DNA of 64,000 nucleotides, from assembly GCA_013239625.1 (NCBI GenBank), contig MU054413.1, forward strand, positions 1,364,001 through 1,428,000, given 5' to 3'. The position numbers and the translations under genes are program-made. This document shows, in pieces, positions 48,027 to 63,328 of this stretch (the first letter of the stretch is position 1; the number at the start of each line of letters is the position of its first letter). The notes under the pieces were generated by a model, which searched no databases, had not been told where the DNA came from, and was given only the letters and a program-made list of their open reading frames with translations. This DNA is from Lama guanicoe. Taxonomy: Eukaryota.

Positions 48027-50141
48027 AAGAATGAAGCCATTGCTAGTCCCGGGCCTCTGCTATTAGCAACTTGAGAGAGATACATTGTTCTTTTTCTCTT
48101 TTCTTCTTCCCTGTTAGAGCCTGTACCCCAACACCTAGAGGAGAGTCTGGCACAGATGATACACCCAGATACTGTGTGTTATTAAAAGAATGATTGAGTA
48201 AATTATTAATAAATGAATGGCTGGACCTCACTCAGCTAAAGAGGTATATTTGTACAATTTTATAACGTCCCCAGCATCACCAGCCCGTTGCTACAAAATA
48301 AGGCCACTTATGCTATTGATCAAATTACGGTTGTTTAAGCCATCACCACCTCATTCAGGAAACTAAGCCCTTCTGAGCATTGCCAGCCCCCACTCAGCTA
48401 TTTCTGTGAATCTCCTAAGGGGTCCTCCCTACGTTCACAGGCCAGTCTTCAGTAGCCTTGGTCCTCACGTGGCATCCTCCCCATTCTCCCTGCCCATCCT
48501 CGTGTGGCCAGGACCCTTGAAGGCTGTCAGCTGTCAGGGAAGCGCTACTGCCTGTGAACAGATGCCACATTCACACACGGTGAGCTGACCCTGGATTCTC
48601 TCAAAGGCTCCAGTCCTCAGAGTAATGGAATTCCTGAAGCCCTCAGAGGAACAGGAGACCCTGGTTCCTCCCCAGACTTGGCCAGCTGGAGTCTGGGGAA
48701 CAGCTGCTCAGTACAGACTCCCACAGGTTCTTTCAGGGGCACCGCATCAGTTCCTAACTCCCTGGGAGCGTCGATGCTTGAATGCGGGCTGCAAGGCAGC
48801 ACGGCTCACAGTGGCTCTGGCCTCTGCCCTGCCCTCCCCCACCTCCTTCCTGGTCGACCCTCCTCTCTTCGTCTAATAAAAAGGAAAGGCTCCCAGGCTT
48901 ATCGGAGGGTGGAAACATCCTGGAGCTAAGGATGAGCCGGAATCCTCTTCTCCTTTGAGGAGCTGTCCTCAAATGCCCTCTTGCACGGCTAAGAATAGCA
49001 CCTGTCCTCTGATCCTGCATCAGCAGAAACAAAGCTGGTGGCAGGTGCTTATGCAGATTAGCTGGTGTCACCCTCATAGCAGTGATTTTCTGCACCACGT
49101 ATTAATGAGAGAAGTGAGGCCTGGAGAGGCTTAGTGTCTTGTTCTAAGTCACACTTAGGTGGCAGACGCGGGATTCAGGCTCAGAGCTGTCAGACTGTAA
49201 AGTAGGATGTTATTTCACATAATTAGAAAATCTGAGCTCAACCACAGGCAAAAAAACACACACAAACTGTTCTGCAAACTTCTTGGAGTCACAGCTGTTG
49301 GTTGCCTATCCATCCTGAGGGCCCACAAGTGGGAGAGCCTGCCCAGCATGTCACCCCTGTCTCCCAGCTCTTTACCTTGAAGCCTAACGTGCCTGTCCCA
49401 ATGTGACTGTGCAGGCAGCCCCTTGGCCCCCACTGTTCCCTAATGCAGTGGCCCTTGGCCTGGCCTCACCCTCGTGGCTGGGGATCCCCTCCAATGCCAC
49501 CACAGTGGCTGGTCCCTTAGGGTTGGCTGTACTGTCTTTCTCCTTCTCAGCATGGCTCATGTTCACAGCTAGGCACTGGCCCCATACTTCCCAGTACAGG
49601 AGTTGCCCACATGCCTGATTTCCAAGATGGCCTCTGCCTTGGTCCAAGTCCCTGGGCTTTTCCTGGAGCCTTGAAGCCCCTGTCCCTGTGCCCTGATGCT
49701 GGCCTGAACTTCCGGCCCACGGGCCCCTGTCCCAAAGACAACATGCTTCCCAGGCTTTGGTGCCCACACCAGGCCCCCCAATTCCTACCGCGCTGGGCTG
49801 GATTGGGGGATAGTTAGCTCTAGCTCCAGAGCCCACTCCCCACCCCAAGCAGCCCTGCCAGGACTTGTTCTGCTCAGAAGAAAAGCCCTACCCAGGCCAT
49901 GACAGGCCACACTCAGGTAGAGAAGCCCCACGGACGTGCTGCTGTTGGAGATGCACGCATGGCGATTTGGACAATATTTTGCAGCCTCCCGCAGAGTCAG
50001 GTCTGGGGGTAGGGGGATGGATCCACCTGCTGAAGGAGTCAGGAGGCCAACTGAGTTTGGCTGTCAGGAAGCCTGGTCTCTGTGAGTCAGCCAAGCATTG
50101 AGCAGGGAGCCGGAGGTCAGCTTGGCTTTTGGTTAACAGAT

Positions 50142-50147
50142 TTTATT
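50142..50147 (-). terminator. Candidate CDHR1 polyadenylation signal AATAAA
   Basis: tttatt on + strand, ~1.8 kb downstream of the CDHR1 stop. Confidence 0.6.
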
Positions 50148-51941
50148 TACCATTTACAAAAGAGGTTGATTGCATGCAAAAGGTATGGATGCTGTACTCC
50201 CTGTGGAGGGCAAACGTGATCCAGCACAGCCCCGTCCTGAAACACGGGCTGCAAAGTACCTTTTGGTTCAGTCTGGGCTCCTGGCTTGTTAAAGCCCAGC
50301 TCTTAATACCCTGGGATGTGGACTGCAGAAACCCCGGCAAGGAGCCTGCACCCCGGCACATCTGAGTAACACCTCCAAACACAGACTCAGAAGTCAAGAA
50401 ATCCACATGTGCCTACAATCTGTTTAAATAAAATCATGGATGGATGCTAGAGAGCTTAGTAGTGAGTGGAGTGAAATGCAAAGAACTGTTCCATTTCTGT
50501 TCTTGAAGTCAGGCGGAACTTCTTTGCTTTAACCATAGGGGCTTGCAGGTCGTCTCTGCTGGGGGAGGTGGTCATGAGCTGACGAGGTGTGCCCCAGCTA
50601 GAGGAAAACACTGAGGTGGGAGAAGCCCTCAGACCAGGTCCCTGCCACCGAGCTGCTGTGTGGCTTTGGCAATCATGCCTCCCTTAGGAGCTCATCTTGG
50701 TCATCTTGGCAGAATGGAGGCTTGGCTGGATGTGCTGCCGGCTCTGGTCCTCTGATGATGGCTGGCCAGGGCTGCATGGGGGACTGTATGGAGGGGATGG
50801 GGGTCGGAGGGGAGACATGTAAGGGGAGCAGCGCCATCACCCAGCTCGGGCTGCCTTGGACCAGTGGCAGCAGCGCCCTAGCCCAGCACAGCGCCTCCTG
50901 GGGGTGCCTGGCAGAACCGTGGAGAGGCTTCTAACACTTTGTGGAAGAGCTGCGCCCCAGAGAGCTGGCCTGGGGAGCACCTTACATTTGTGAGGCTTTG
51001 CACTCCTTGTTGCTATGATTTATTTCCATCCTCACCCTGGACCTGTGAATGAGGCAGACTCACTTTCTTCATTTTCCAGATGAGGAAGAGGATGAGCAGG
51101 GAGTTTAAACAGCTTCCCCCAAGATTATATGACGTGAGCAGCAGAGCTGGTTAAAAACAGAAGTCTCCCCAGATCTCAGCCTTGCAATGTTTCTTGAAGG
51201 ACTTCTGGTAGGGCAGCTCCTAAGGGGCCGTGAGGCTCTTTCGGATGCGTCTAGGGTTACAGCGTGGCTCCAGCGTGGACATTTCTGGGCCCAGGGCAGC
51301 CCTGGCTGGGGCACCTGCCCTCACTCCTGCAAGACGCATCTTACATCTCTGTGTCCCTGGTCCCGTGTGGGCATAGCTTGGCCCCACAGTCTCTGCCCGG
51401 ACACCATCCTCCACCTTCCCATAGGTTTTTAGACACAGTCCCACAGTGAGCGTGAGTTTCCAGTGCATCTTTGCCCTCCCTGGCTGCATTTGCTCTCTTG
51501 CCTTAGAGGGTTGGCTGACCCTCCACCTTAGTCAGCACTGAGTGTCCTTCTGCTCTCTTAGCTGGGAGCCTCAGGATCCAGGTTCCAGGCGGCCTTGTCA
51601 CATGGGACCAGGGCTCTGCTCCTTGACTAAGGAAGCGGAAGTCCCAGCAGGACCCAAGGGACACTGTGAGGTCTGGGGCTGGGGAGCAGGAGACATGTAG
51701 AGCTGGCTCCGTGTCGACTCCCAGCCTCTGCAGAAGTGCCAAGGAGCTGGGTGACGAGGAAGTCTTTGACAACTGCATCCTTATAACCAGAGAAACCTCT
51801 CGCCTGAGGCACTGTCCAGAGCCCTGGATAGGGGGGTTCCACCGTTGTACAAAACAGGGGTGACCCTAAGGGGCAGAGTTGGGGAGCATGGTCCAAGCAG
51901 CAGGGCAACTGGGATGGGGAAGATGGGTCACAGGACACACT

Positions 51942-52481
51942 CTAGAAGTAAGCCTTGTTATGCACATTCTTCTTCTCAAACTTTTGCCTGAGCTCGGAGA
52001 CCAGAGCTGACTGGGCGGGGCTTCCGACGGCCTTGGGTTTCGGTGACCGCTCGGCGTGCAGGGGGGCGAGGGAGCCAGAGACCGTGGGCACCGTCCAGGG
52101 GGCCGCACCCACGCTGGGCGCCGCGCTGGGCGGCGGAGGGGGAGCGGGGGCTTTGGGGGGCAGCGCGCTCCCCGGGCTGTTGTTGTTGCGGTTCTCATTG
52201 GGGCGGTCCTCTCTGAGCACGAACTTGTCAGCGGCCTTGGTCCTCCGGAACTTGAGCCACTCGATGCGGATGGCGCGGGGTGCCGGGCTGGGCCGCTTAC
52301 GGAGCACGCGCCGCACCGGCAGGACCTTGTTGGACTTCTTGTTGCGCCAGAAGGTGGCGGTGGAGATGAGGACGGTTATGGCCACAATGATGGCCATGAT
52401 GCCGGCCAGCACACCCACGGCCTTCATGGGGTTGTCTTTGGTCTGCATCAGGAAGGCGGCCATGGGGCTTCGGGACAGCAT
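51942..52481 (-). CDS. CDHR1: CDHR1 last exon (17): TM and cytoplasmic tail; stop TAG
   Basis: ttccag|ATG; [52 protein letters not shown]...VHNKAYF*; 540 nt. Confidence 0.97.
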   Translation of the reverse strand: MLSRSPMAAFLMQTKDNPMKAVGVLAGIMAIIVAITVLISTATFWRNKKSNKVLPVRRVLRKRPSPAPRAIRIEWLKFRRTKAADKFVLREDRPNENRNNNSPGSALPPKAPAPPPPPSAAPSVGAAPWTVPTVSGSLAPLHAERSPKPKAVGSPAQSALVSELRQKFEKKNVHNKAYF

Positions 52482-53121
52482 CTGGAAGAGAGATGCATTC
52501 AGCTGCTCCTGCCTGGTCCCGGGAGAAGAAAGCAGGGGCCGTGGACACCCTTAAGCCTGATGGTTTTAAAACTTTCTGGGGTCAGGCATCCCTAGAGAAT
52601 CTGATGACCACTCAGGGCTTCATTTCAGAAAAAAATGCCCACAGAGAAAACATGATGCTTGCGGCTCTCCAGGAAAATGCACACAGAGCGAGCGTGATGC
52701 CAGTGCCTCTTTCGGATGAAGGACCCCTGCGTTAGCTGGTACTGCTTTCCTTTGATTATAAGGGTCGCATCTGCCCAAGTGTATCAGGAACCCCGTAAGT
52801 GCTGACTTTCTGCCGACACTGAGCTGAGAACTACACATGATGATTTTACTTCTGCCTTTCAACACCCAGGGGAAGGAGGCATCATTAGTCCCATTTTACA
52901 GGAAAGGAAGTGGAGGCTTTGCAAAGTCCAAAGTCACATCGTTTAGAAGTGTTGAAATCAGGATTTCGACCAGATTTCAAAGCCTGGGTGTTTGATGGCA
53001 CCGGCAGCCTTTGTGAGCATTGGATATCTCTGCGGAAAATGGTCTCCCTCCCTCTGGCCATGTTGCAGTGAGGCCTGAGCTGGCCCTCTGACCCTCCCCC
53101 TGACCCGAGCTTCGTACCCAC

Positions 53122-53379
53122 CTCAGTGTCTACGATGTCAATCTTGAGTAAGGCCGTGGTGCTGAAGGATGGGGAGCCGCGGTCCTTGGCCTGCACCTCT
53201 AGGGACCACATGTGGCCCCCGCTAGGTGTGATGTTGTGCAGGGCATCCAGGGAGCGGATGGAGTTCTTGAGCCGGATCTCCCCCGTGTGCGCATCGATGT
53301 CGAAGACGTTGGCCGGCTCTGCGTGGGTGATGGAATAGTCCACTAGGTTGTTGGGCTCCTCTGCATCCTGGTCTGTGGC
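53122..53379 (-). CDS. CDHR1: CDHR1 exon 16 (258 nt)
   Basis: tcacag|GCC...GAG|gtgggt; [17 protein letters not shown]...[23 protein letters not shown]. Confidence 0.96.
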
Positions 53380-54012
53380 CTGTGAACAGGGAGGGACAGA
53401 CAGAGCTGGGCTTCGAGGGTAACACTTATGTACCCTGGCTAAACCAACACGTCATGTGGGTTTGCTGGTTTGATGCAAAATGGTCCTGATCCTATTTTGA
53501 GTGGACTGGACCTGGGAGAGGAACTGAAGGAGCCAGGGTGGGTCTGTGCTTGACCCTCTATGTGTGTTGTATCCATGCATAATCAGAATGAGCGTAGGCA
53601 GTCAATGTGGTTAAAAAAACCAAAAGCTTGGAGGCTGAGTGACTTGTCTAAGGATAGAGAGGTAGAGGAGGGGAGCTGGGATTCAGAGTCAAGTCTGTTG
53701 GGTTTCAGGGCTCATGCTTTTTCTGTATTGGGAAGACAGTGCAGGGGAAAAGGCATTGCTGTTAGAGCAGGCAGACTGGCTGTGTGAACTCAGGCAAGCC
53801 ACACCTGCAACCCGCCAGAGCTTCCATTTTTTATGTGTAACAATAATATCTTCTTTCTCGGAGGTTATTTCTGGGTTGAGGTGGGGATGGGAGTATGTAT
53901 ACAAAGTACTTTAACAACCCTTGCCCATTGCAGGAATCCAATATATGCCATGTGCTGCTGGCAGATGCTGGAACAAGGCTTTCAGGGGAGCTCAGCTACC
54001 TTTGAAGCCCAC

Positions 54013-54241
54013 CTCAATTTTCACCGGGGTCCCCAGCACCATTGTCGTCTCCTGGACACTCTTTCCGAACTGGGGGTAGTGGTCGTTGACATCCAGCAGC
54101 GTGACGAACACCTCGGCCAGGCTGTACCTGCCCTCCATGTCTTCTGCCTTCACATAGAAGTGGTACCTGGCAGTGGCCTCGGCATCCAGGCTGGCCCAGG
54201 GCTGGGTGCAGATGATGCCAGAGGATGGGTGGATCTGGAAG
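54013..54241 (-). CDS. CDHR1: CDHR1 exon 15 (229 nt)
   Basis: ggcag|C...GAG|gtgggc; [21 protein letters not shown]...[10 protein letters not shown]...PVKIE. Confidence 0.95.
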
Positions 54242-54791
54242 CTGCCGGGCGGGGAGAACACAGGTGTGGGTATATATGTACCCACACACACACAGAAGTG
54301 CACACGTGCCTGCAGTAATGAGCTGTCCCCAGGAAGGAGCAGTAATGCATCAGGCAGCTTCTCCAAGAAGCTCCAAGTTTCCACCTGCTCTTCTCCATCC
54401 TTGCCATCTGGCTCAGGATGGGAGGCAGGACCACCCAACTCCTTGCCCGTCTATCAGTGTTGAACTTAACCTGAGTCATAGCCCTCGCCTCCCCTCCCCT
54501 GGCCTCCCACCCCTCCAGCCTAGCACCACTTACCTGGCCCCCAAGGCCATGAGCCCCAGATCCAGGGTGTGACGATGACCCCTCTCTCAGACTTATGTCA
54601 CCTGTGTGTGTCTCCACACTGCTGACTGAGGCTCTGCACCCCTACCCTCCACTCCTTGCCCCCATGCTCGCCTCCCCTACCCAGGTGCTGTTCTTTCCAG
54701 GCTCCCCCCACCTTTGGCACAGACCCCCTCCACCCTCAGCCCCTCCCAAATCCCTTCCCTGAGGCCCTATCTGGGATTCTGGATCTACTCA

Positions 54792-54899
<108 letters not shown>

Positions 54900-55256
54900 T
54901 CAGGGCACAGCGGCAGCTCTTGCTTTCAATGGCAAAAAACTAGGCTTCGGTCAGGGGTTGCCCAGATGCAGAAAACTGATCTGGAAGCCTGCTCTGGAGT
55001 CTTAGATCCCCCCAGGAGGTCTCAAGTGTTGGAGGAACCAGAAGTGTATTTTTCATTACATGAGCTCATCAGAGTCCTGTGCGGTGCTGTTACACCCACT
55101 GTACAGAAGAAACTGAGGCTCAGAGAGGGCGGGTAGCTTGTCCAAGGAAACAGCTAAGGAATGTGGGCTTTGAGATTCAAACTGGAGCCCAGATTTGTCT
55201 GACTTCAGAAGGCCCCCCCACCCTACCCCCAGTCCCCGGGCTTGTCCCCAACCCAC

Positions 55257-55421
55257 TGTGACAGCCACCACGTTGGAGCCCCCCGGGGCATTCTCGGGGA
55301 TCCTGGCAATGTAGTAGTGGGAGGTGAACTTGGGGACATTGTCGTTGGTGTCCAGGAGCTGGATCACGACATCTGCTGTGGAGCTGAACTTCTCCGGGGT
55401 GTTCACTTCGATGGCCAGGAG
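55257..55421 (-). CDS. CDHR1: CDHR1 exon 13 (165 nt)
   Basis: tcccag|CTC...ACA|gtgggt; [32 protein letters not shown]...VVAVT. Confidence 0.96.
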
Positions 55422-55639
55422 CTGGGAAAGGAAAGAAAACGAGGAAGGACTTGTCTGGGTAGCGGGTGCCCTGCAGAGAGCGTGCCACATCCTGTCTCAG
55501 TACCATCCCCGCAACCCCTCGCCTTGTCTCGGGTTCTCAGTCTCAGCTGCCAGCCAGCTGTTCCCGCCTCCACCTGCACGGGCCCCTGGAAGGCAATCAT
55601 TTCCCCACTGACTGCAATGTCCATTTATAGTTTCCGTTT

Positions 55640-56690
55640 GTACTGAGGCCAATTGCTTTTGCTCCACGGATCTGCATATTCCCTTTTTTTTTTTACTTCC
55701 AATTTAAAACTTTATTTTGTTTCATAACATAATTTAATACCTGTTAGAGTAAGTTCCTGCCTCATATTCTTTTTTCCTGCATTATTCTTATAGGTTTATT
55801 TCTCCAAATAAAAACTAGTGTAATTATATTAAGCTCCCTACCGCCTCCCTTAAGGAAATTCTAGGTAAGAGTTAATTGAGGTGGCACTGGATTCTTTATT
55901 AACTCCATAAGAATTTGCATTTTTATACAGGGTGTGTCTTCATATTTCTTGTCTCCTTTATATCTTTTTATTACATTTGTGCATTTTTTTGGTCATTTAG
56001 AGGCTGCATATTTCTTGTTATAGCAGTTCCTAGGAATTTTATCCATTAGTTGTTATTATAAAAGTGAATCTCTTACTCCATAATTCTCATTTCTATTTTT
56101 TGTACATAGAATGCTATTGGATTTTGCATATTAACTTTGTAATCATTCATGTTAACAACTTTGCTGTGTCTAACAGTATTTTAATTTTTTAATTTACTTT
56201 TCTAAGCAAACAATCACACTATCTAAAAATAATGATCATTTTCCCTAATGTCTGTACCTTTTATATTTTCCTTCCTTATCCAGGAATGACATTATTCCAG
56301 AAATAGTGAAAGAACAGTGGTGAGAGCAGGTATCCACGTTTTGTTCCTGACTTCATAGAAAGCTTTTAGAATTTCACTTTTAAGCATGATGCTGGCTATT
56401 GGTGTGTATGTATGTATAATTGTACCAACTTAAATAATATCAACAGATTATTTATCTTTTTTATCAATATAAATGATTTATGTATTTATGTATACTATGA
56501 ATTATTTATAAATGTTTATCACTTTAAATAATTACAAACACAAAGGAGTATTTTTTTTCATCTTCTGCTGAAGTTTTTAACCGAATAGATGACAGATGTC
56601 AAATGCATATGAGAAAACATCTATCCTAAAAATCAAATAGTTTTCTTTTCTCTCAATCTATTAACACGCCACATCATGATGGTAGTTTTT
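55640..56690 (-). mobile_element. Old L1 fragment in CDHR1 intron 12
   Basis: AT-rich L1-antisense text ('aatgctattggattttgcatattaactttgtaatc', 'ttttgttcctgacttcatagaaag'). Confidence 0.7.
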
Positions 56691-56822
56691 CTTTGGACCC
56701 CTCCTTGCGTTCCTGGGGATGGTTGTAGCTTAGAAGCAGGAGCTCAGAGAGGCTGGTTGAGCAGTAGGAATAGGTTCTCATACCACTATTTTCTTCTTCC
56801 CTCCCACTCGCTCCCCAAATCA

Positions 56823-57176
<354 letters not shown>

Positions 57177-57494
57177 CTATGCAAGGAGGCTTCACATGTC
57201 CTTGACCCTGGGAGGTGAGTATTATTACTTCTTTCTATAAGGGAGGTGATGAGGAATCAGAAAGACTGAGTAGACTATGAGGGCTAAGAAATGAAAGAAA
57301 CACAGCAGGCCTAGCCCTGGGCTGGGCACAGGAGCCAGCGGGACACATTCACAATATCTGGAGGGTCAGACGCAGGGGTGTTTTTATTTAACTGGCTGTT
57401 TCTTTTTAAATGACTGTGAATGTCTTTAGGCCAAGCAGCTAATCTTTGATTATCTACCTTCCCTCCTCTCTCTTGGTTACCTACTCTCGTTTCA

Positions 57495-58325
<831 letters not shown>

Positions 58326-59654
58326 AAAAAAGCACTATCACTAGTCCTATTTCACAAACGAGGCGGTGAGGGGAGGCAGTCGCCCGGGTCACACAGCTCA
58401 TGAGTGGCAGAGCTGGAACAGGGAAGTCAGGTGGGTCTCATCTTAGGCAGTGCTCTCCCCACCGCACTGCACTGCCCTCTCCGTGCAGCCAGTCGTGGGT
58501 CCAGACCCTGGCTTTACCGCGTCCTGCCCTGTGTCCATTTGGCCAGGGGGAGGCTGCGGGGAGGGCAGGTGTGAGATGCAGCAGTAAATGATTCATGCAG
58601 GCTGCAAAGCCACGGCCCAGCGCCCATGGGCACCAAGGAACCGGGTGGCAAGTATCACATGAGGCCCTGCGAGGGCTTCCTTGCCCTCTTCTGTAAGCAT
58701 GCTCTGATCTTAGCTCCTCTAAAATTACCCTCCTGGCCCCCACTCTGTCACACACTAGCTGCCTCCTAGCCCTCCTTTCTCAGACGCTTACACCCTCTGT
58801 CTTCTTTTCCTACCTCCCACTCAATTCTCAGCCCGCCCCCAACTCAGACACTTCACACACTGGCCCTCACCTTCCCGAGGGCTCTGTCCTGTCAGCTAAT
58901 GTGACTCCGCTTCGCAGGTTGGCCTTGACCCCCCCATCTCTCCTTCACCGGCTCCTCCCCACTTCCTCACTCAGCCTGGGATGCTCCCACAGGTGGTCTT
59001 GGCTAGTGGCTCTTCTCTCCCCACAGCCCTTCTCTGGGTGGTCTTATCCCCTCTCATCCTTTCACAGCTACCTGTATGTTGATACTGTCTCCCCTGACAT
59101 CCAAACCTGAATACTCAAGTTTGGATGTTTCAACTTGAATGTCTCCAAGGCATCAAAACTCATCATGCCGGTCCTACTCAGCTTGCCTCCTCTCCTGTGT
59201 TTCTGACGGCATGGTACTACCCCAGGCTCCATCCCTCCCTCTCCATTCCCCTACCCCTCACAGTCACGTTCTGTGGAGTCTGCCCACTTCATAGTTTGCA
59301 GTCTGTCTGTTTTGACCATTTGCCCCCACCTCGTCCCTTTGGACCCTCTTCATCTACCCCCTGGGCTGATGGCTCTGCCACCCTGCCTCTCATCTAGTGC
59401 TCTCCAAACACGAGTTGGGACCAGTGTTCTCAATATGCTGGGCTGGGCTGGGATTGGGGCCAGAATCACTTGGAAGCTCAAAGCATGCAGAGTCCTGGGT
59501 TTCCCCCAGACTCACTAAATTCCCACCCTCAAGAGTGGATCCTAGAAATCTTCGTTTGCTAAGCTCTCTGATCTAGTGAGCAGTCAGAGTGAGCTTTTCA
59601 CAAGACACTAATCTTGCTCAAAGCCTTTCCATGACCCTTCACTGCTCTTGGTTG

Positions 59655-59828
59655 GGACTAGTTACATAGTTTACAGGCTCGGTGAAACATGATAATATGG
59701 GGCCCCTTGTTAAAAAAGTTTCTAAGATTTTCAAGATAGCAAGAGCAGAGCATTAAGTCCACCATGGGACCCTTCTAATCACAGTCCCCGTGTAACTGCA
59801 TGGGTCGCGTGCCCACAAAGCTGGCCCT
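59655..59828 (-). mobile_element. MER45-like hAT element
   Basis: 'ggggccccttgttaaaaaag...agcagagcattaag...aagctggccctg' matches my recollection of the MER45A reverse complement. Confidence 0.6.
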
Positions 59829-60297
59829 GTTGCAGGGAAAACCCATACCCTGTGTTCAGAGCCTCTGCTCCTCTGGCCCCCACCTGGGGTCCAAGCATTT
59901 CTGCTGTACATGCTGCCTGTGGACGCTTGGCTCCAGTCCCACTTGACTCCCGTTGTCCCCGTGGTACATGATGTGCTATCACCTCCAGCCTTGGCTCAGT
60001 GGGTTTTCCTAGTTTGCAGTGCCTCCACTCCCCCAGTCTCCACCTGTTGGGTCCTACCCATGTTCAAGGCATTGCTGCTTCAGTCACTTCTTCCTGCCAC
60101 ATTACAGCTCTCTGCTTGTAAATTCGTGTCTCCCCTTGCCAGGGGCTGCCTCTTGCAGGTGCTTCCTGAAGCAACATCTAGACCCTTTCCCAGACTGTAA
60201 GCCCTGGTGGGTGAGGGGTGGGGGTGGCCTGGGTCTCATCACCCTTGGAACCTTCCACGGCCAGAGGGTGGGGATGGCCAAGCTCGAGGCATAGTAC

Positions 60298-60398
60298 CTG
60301 TACGTGCAGCTCATACACTTCTCTCCGGAGCTGGGCAGGGCTCTGCATGACGGAGATGGCTCCAGACGTCTCATTAATTTCAAAGGCCTCATCACTCC
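60298..60398 (-). CDS. CDHR1: CDHR1 exon 10 (101 nt)
   Basis: tgacag|GG...CAG|gtacta; [33 protein letters not shown]. Confidence 0.95.
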
Positions 60399-60671
60399 CT
60401 GTCACAGAGGAGAGATGTGCCCTGCGGTTCAGAACAGGGCCACACGGTGGCGCAGAGGAGTCGTGCCAGGCAGGGTGCCTTGCGCTCGTGTTATCTCATT
60501 CAAGTCTCCTCTGTAGGATGCAATTCTGTCATCTATGTCTTGCCAATGAGGAAACTGAGTCTCAGAGGGGTTATGTGGCTTGTCTAAGGTTACACAGTGA
60601 GTGCAGAGCTGGAACTTAAACGCATTACTTTCTGGCTCCCAGATTCTATAGTATTTTCTTCTCTCATGCAT

Positions 60672-60830
60672 TGTGTGTGTGTGTGTGTGTGTGCGCGTGC
60701 GCTGCAAAGAGAAAGGGAGAAAGAAAGAAATATAGGAGGGAAATAAGGAAGGGGAAAGAAAGAAGGAGAGAAAGGGAGGGAAAGAAGAAAGGAGAGAGGA
60801 GGAGGAGAGGGAGAGGTAAGACAGGAGAGA
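60672..60830 (+). repeat. (TG)n followed by GA-rich low-complexity tract
   Basis: Visible in the sequence. Confidence 0.85.
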
Positions 60831-61678
60831 AGGGGTGGGCTGGGTGCTTGGTGGCGGTGTAAAGGACCGCAGTGTCGGAGGGGAGGGAAGGCAGTCAGGG
60901 GTCTGCGTGTCTGGGGAGAGGTCTGTGTGTGATGGTGGGCACATCTGTGCGTGCATGAGCTGCTGGAAGGGGCGTGTGCACCAAGAACGTCCCAGGGACA
61001 GGGTTGGAGGAGGTGACGGTGTCTGAGTGAGAGCTTAGAAACATGTGCATGTCTGGGACCAGGCACCAGGCATGATGGCCCCCTGGGGGACCTGGCCCAT
61101 GGGGACCAGCTATTGAGGGCTGCAGAGCCCTCTCCAGGGCTGCTCCTCCTGCTCAGTTGTGGAAAGAGCAGACTCGGAGCCAGGAGACAGGTTCAAATCC
61201 AATGGGAACTTGGGATGTTTCAGCTTCTCTGAGCCTCAGTTTTCTCATCTGTATACAGGGTTGGTACTAGGGACATGCTGAATCACCACTGCATTTAATT
61301 CATTTAATTTAACTGGATGCTCTAGGCCAAAGCATTTAAAAGAATGAGAAAAATAAAACACAGCAATATAAAGAGTATAAGAAATCTTGCCACCCCTCCC
61401 CATCAAGGAGTCCATGAGCGTAGGGAACCATGAATTGGCAACACCTCTGCGCTGCTCTCAGTACTGTCCCCCCCACTCCGCCCAACGTCCCTCCCTGTTA
61501 CTGGACCTGATGACAAACGGGCCAAAGCAGATGCCCAAGAAGATGTGCTACCTCCTGGAGGGACCCAGCCTCTCCTCTGCATGCATCTTGTATTTCCAGC
61601 CTCACAGATGAGGAATCTGGGACTCAGAGAGGTTGTAGAATCTCACTCTGGTCACCCAGCGATGAGCCCCAGACTCAC

Positions 61679-61757
61679 CATTCACAAGGCGGTAGAGAAT
61701 GCGGTTGGGTTTGCCCCGATCTCCATCCATGGCGACCACCGTCAGCACCTCTGAGCC
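61679..61757 (-). CDS. CDHR1: CDHR1 exon 9 (79 nt; AAG acceptor)
   Basis: cccaag|GGC...AATG|gtgagt; [26 protein letters not shown]. Confidence 0.95.
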
Positions 61758-63046
61758 CTTGGGGGAACAGGAGCAGCTGCCTGAGGCAGGTGGGTGAGGC
61801 TGGGGCTCTCCCCTCCCCAGGCGCTACCCCCATCACCGAGGGGAGGTGCTGCCCCGACTCAAAAAAAGGGCCAGGCCTCTCTGTGGCCCCATCCCTACTG
61901 TTACAGAGAGCTTGTAGCCGCTGGGCCTCGCAGGGCTGGAGGGACAGCTGGAGCCCAGCTGTTTGTCCCCCAGGTGGGTTGGCACGTGGGCTGTCCAGGG
62001 ACACTCAGGCCTCCTGCATGGGCCTCCTCCTCACACCTCCTACCCTGCCTCCCCCGCTGCATATCACTCTCAGCTGTCACCTCTCTGTCCCTGTCCTCCA
62101 GCCTCACCCCTGCTGCCTCATCCATCTTTGAGCTTCAGAGGTGCTGTAGGGGAGAGGTGGCAGAGGGGCCAGCAGAGGGGTCCAAAACCAAGTCCAGGAA
62201 CTAGAAGTTTATCCCGTGGCCCTGGGGGGACATTCGACAGGCTTGGGAGGCTGCCACAACCTGATGAGCCCTGCTGGACCATGGCCTGCTGCCCCTTCCT
62301 GACCTCCCTCCTCAGGCCTTCTCCCCGGAGGCCCATCCATCCTCATGGCCACTTACTGACGGACCGAGTGCTGCCTCCTCTCCCCCCAGCACCTCCCTTA
62401 GCTCCTCAGCAAGACAGTCTGGGCCTCCCCCGCCCCGCCTTCCTCTCTCCCTTGCTCTGTGCTGTTCTCCACCGGTCGACTGCCAGCTTCTGGAAAGTGG
62501 GGAAGTGGAAATTGAGAAGGCAATTCAGTTCCTCAGAGAGTTGTGGAGCTGTGGCCGTGTGAGGTCTGGCTCTGGCCGCTGGGTCTGTCTGAGGGGGGCC
62601 TCCAAATACAAGGCTGCACCCCATGCAGGGGCACGCTCACGGAGGGGCCTGCATAGCCTGGGGGTGGACATCACACAGAGATGTCGGGGAAAGTGGAGCC
62701 TGGGCTGAACCGAGCAGGGCCGGGGCGTGAGGCCGCTGGGCACGGGCCAGACTGAGTGGTGAGACGGGCTGGGCTGAGAAGAGGATGGTGTGGGCTCACA
62801 GGTGGAGGGGAGGCTGTCCTCAGATGCCAGGCCCAGGAGTGGAAGGTTCCCTGAGGGGCCAAAACACGGCGGGCAGAGACTGCACTAAAGCCCTTCTGAA
62901 GGGCTGACATTTGCAGCCGGGCTGGGGTAAGGCTTGCTCCTCACACAAGCACCTGCTTCTTCCCCTTTATACTTCCCGATGCAAAATGACCTGTTTGTGG
63001 CCTGAGCCTGAGTGAGTCCAGAGCCGGCCTCCCTACGAAGGGGTCA

Positions 63047-63328
<282 letters not shown>

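Noticed and set aside
51955-52595. 199-aa and 179-aa plus-strand ORFs over the CDHR1 last exon
   Set aside because: Shadow ORFs of a GC/CpG-rich exon.
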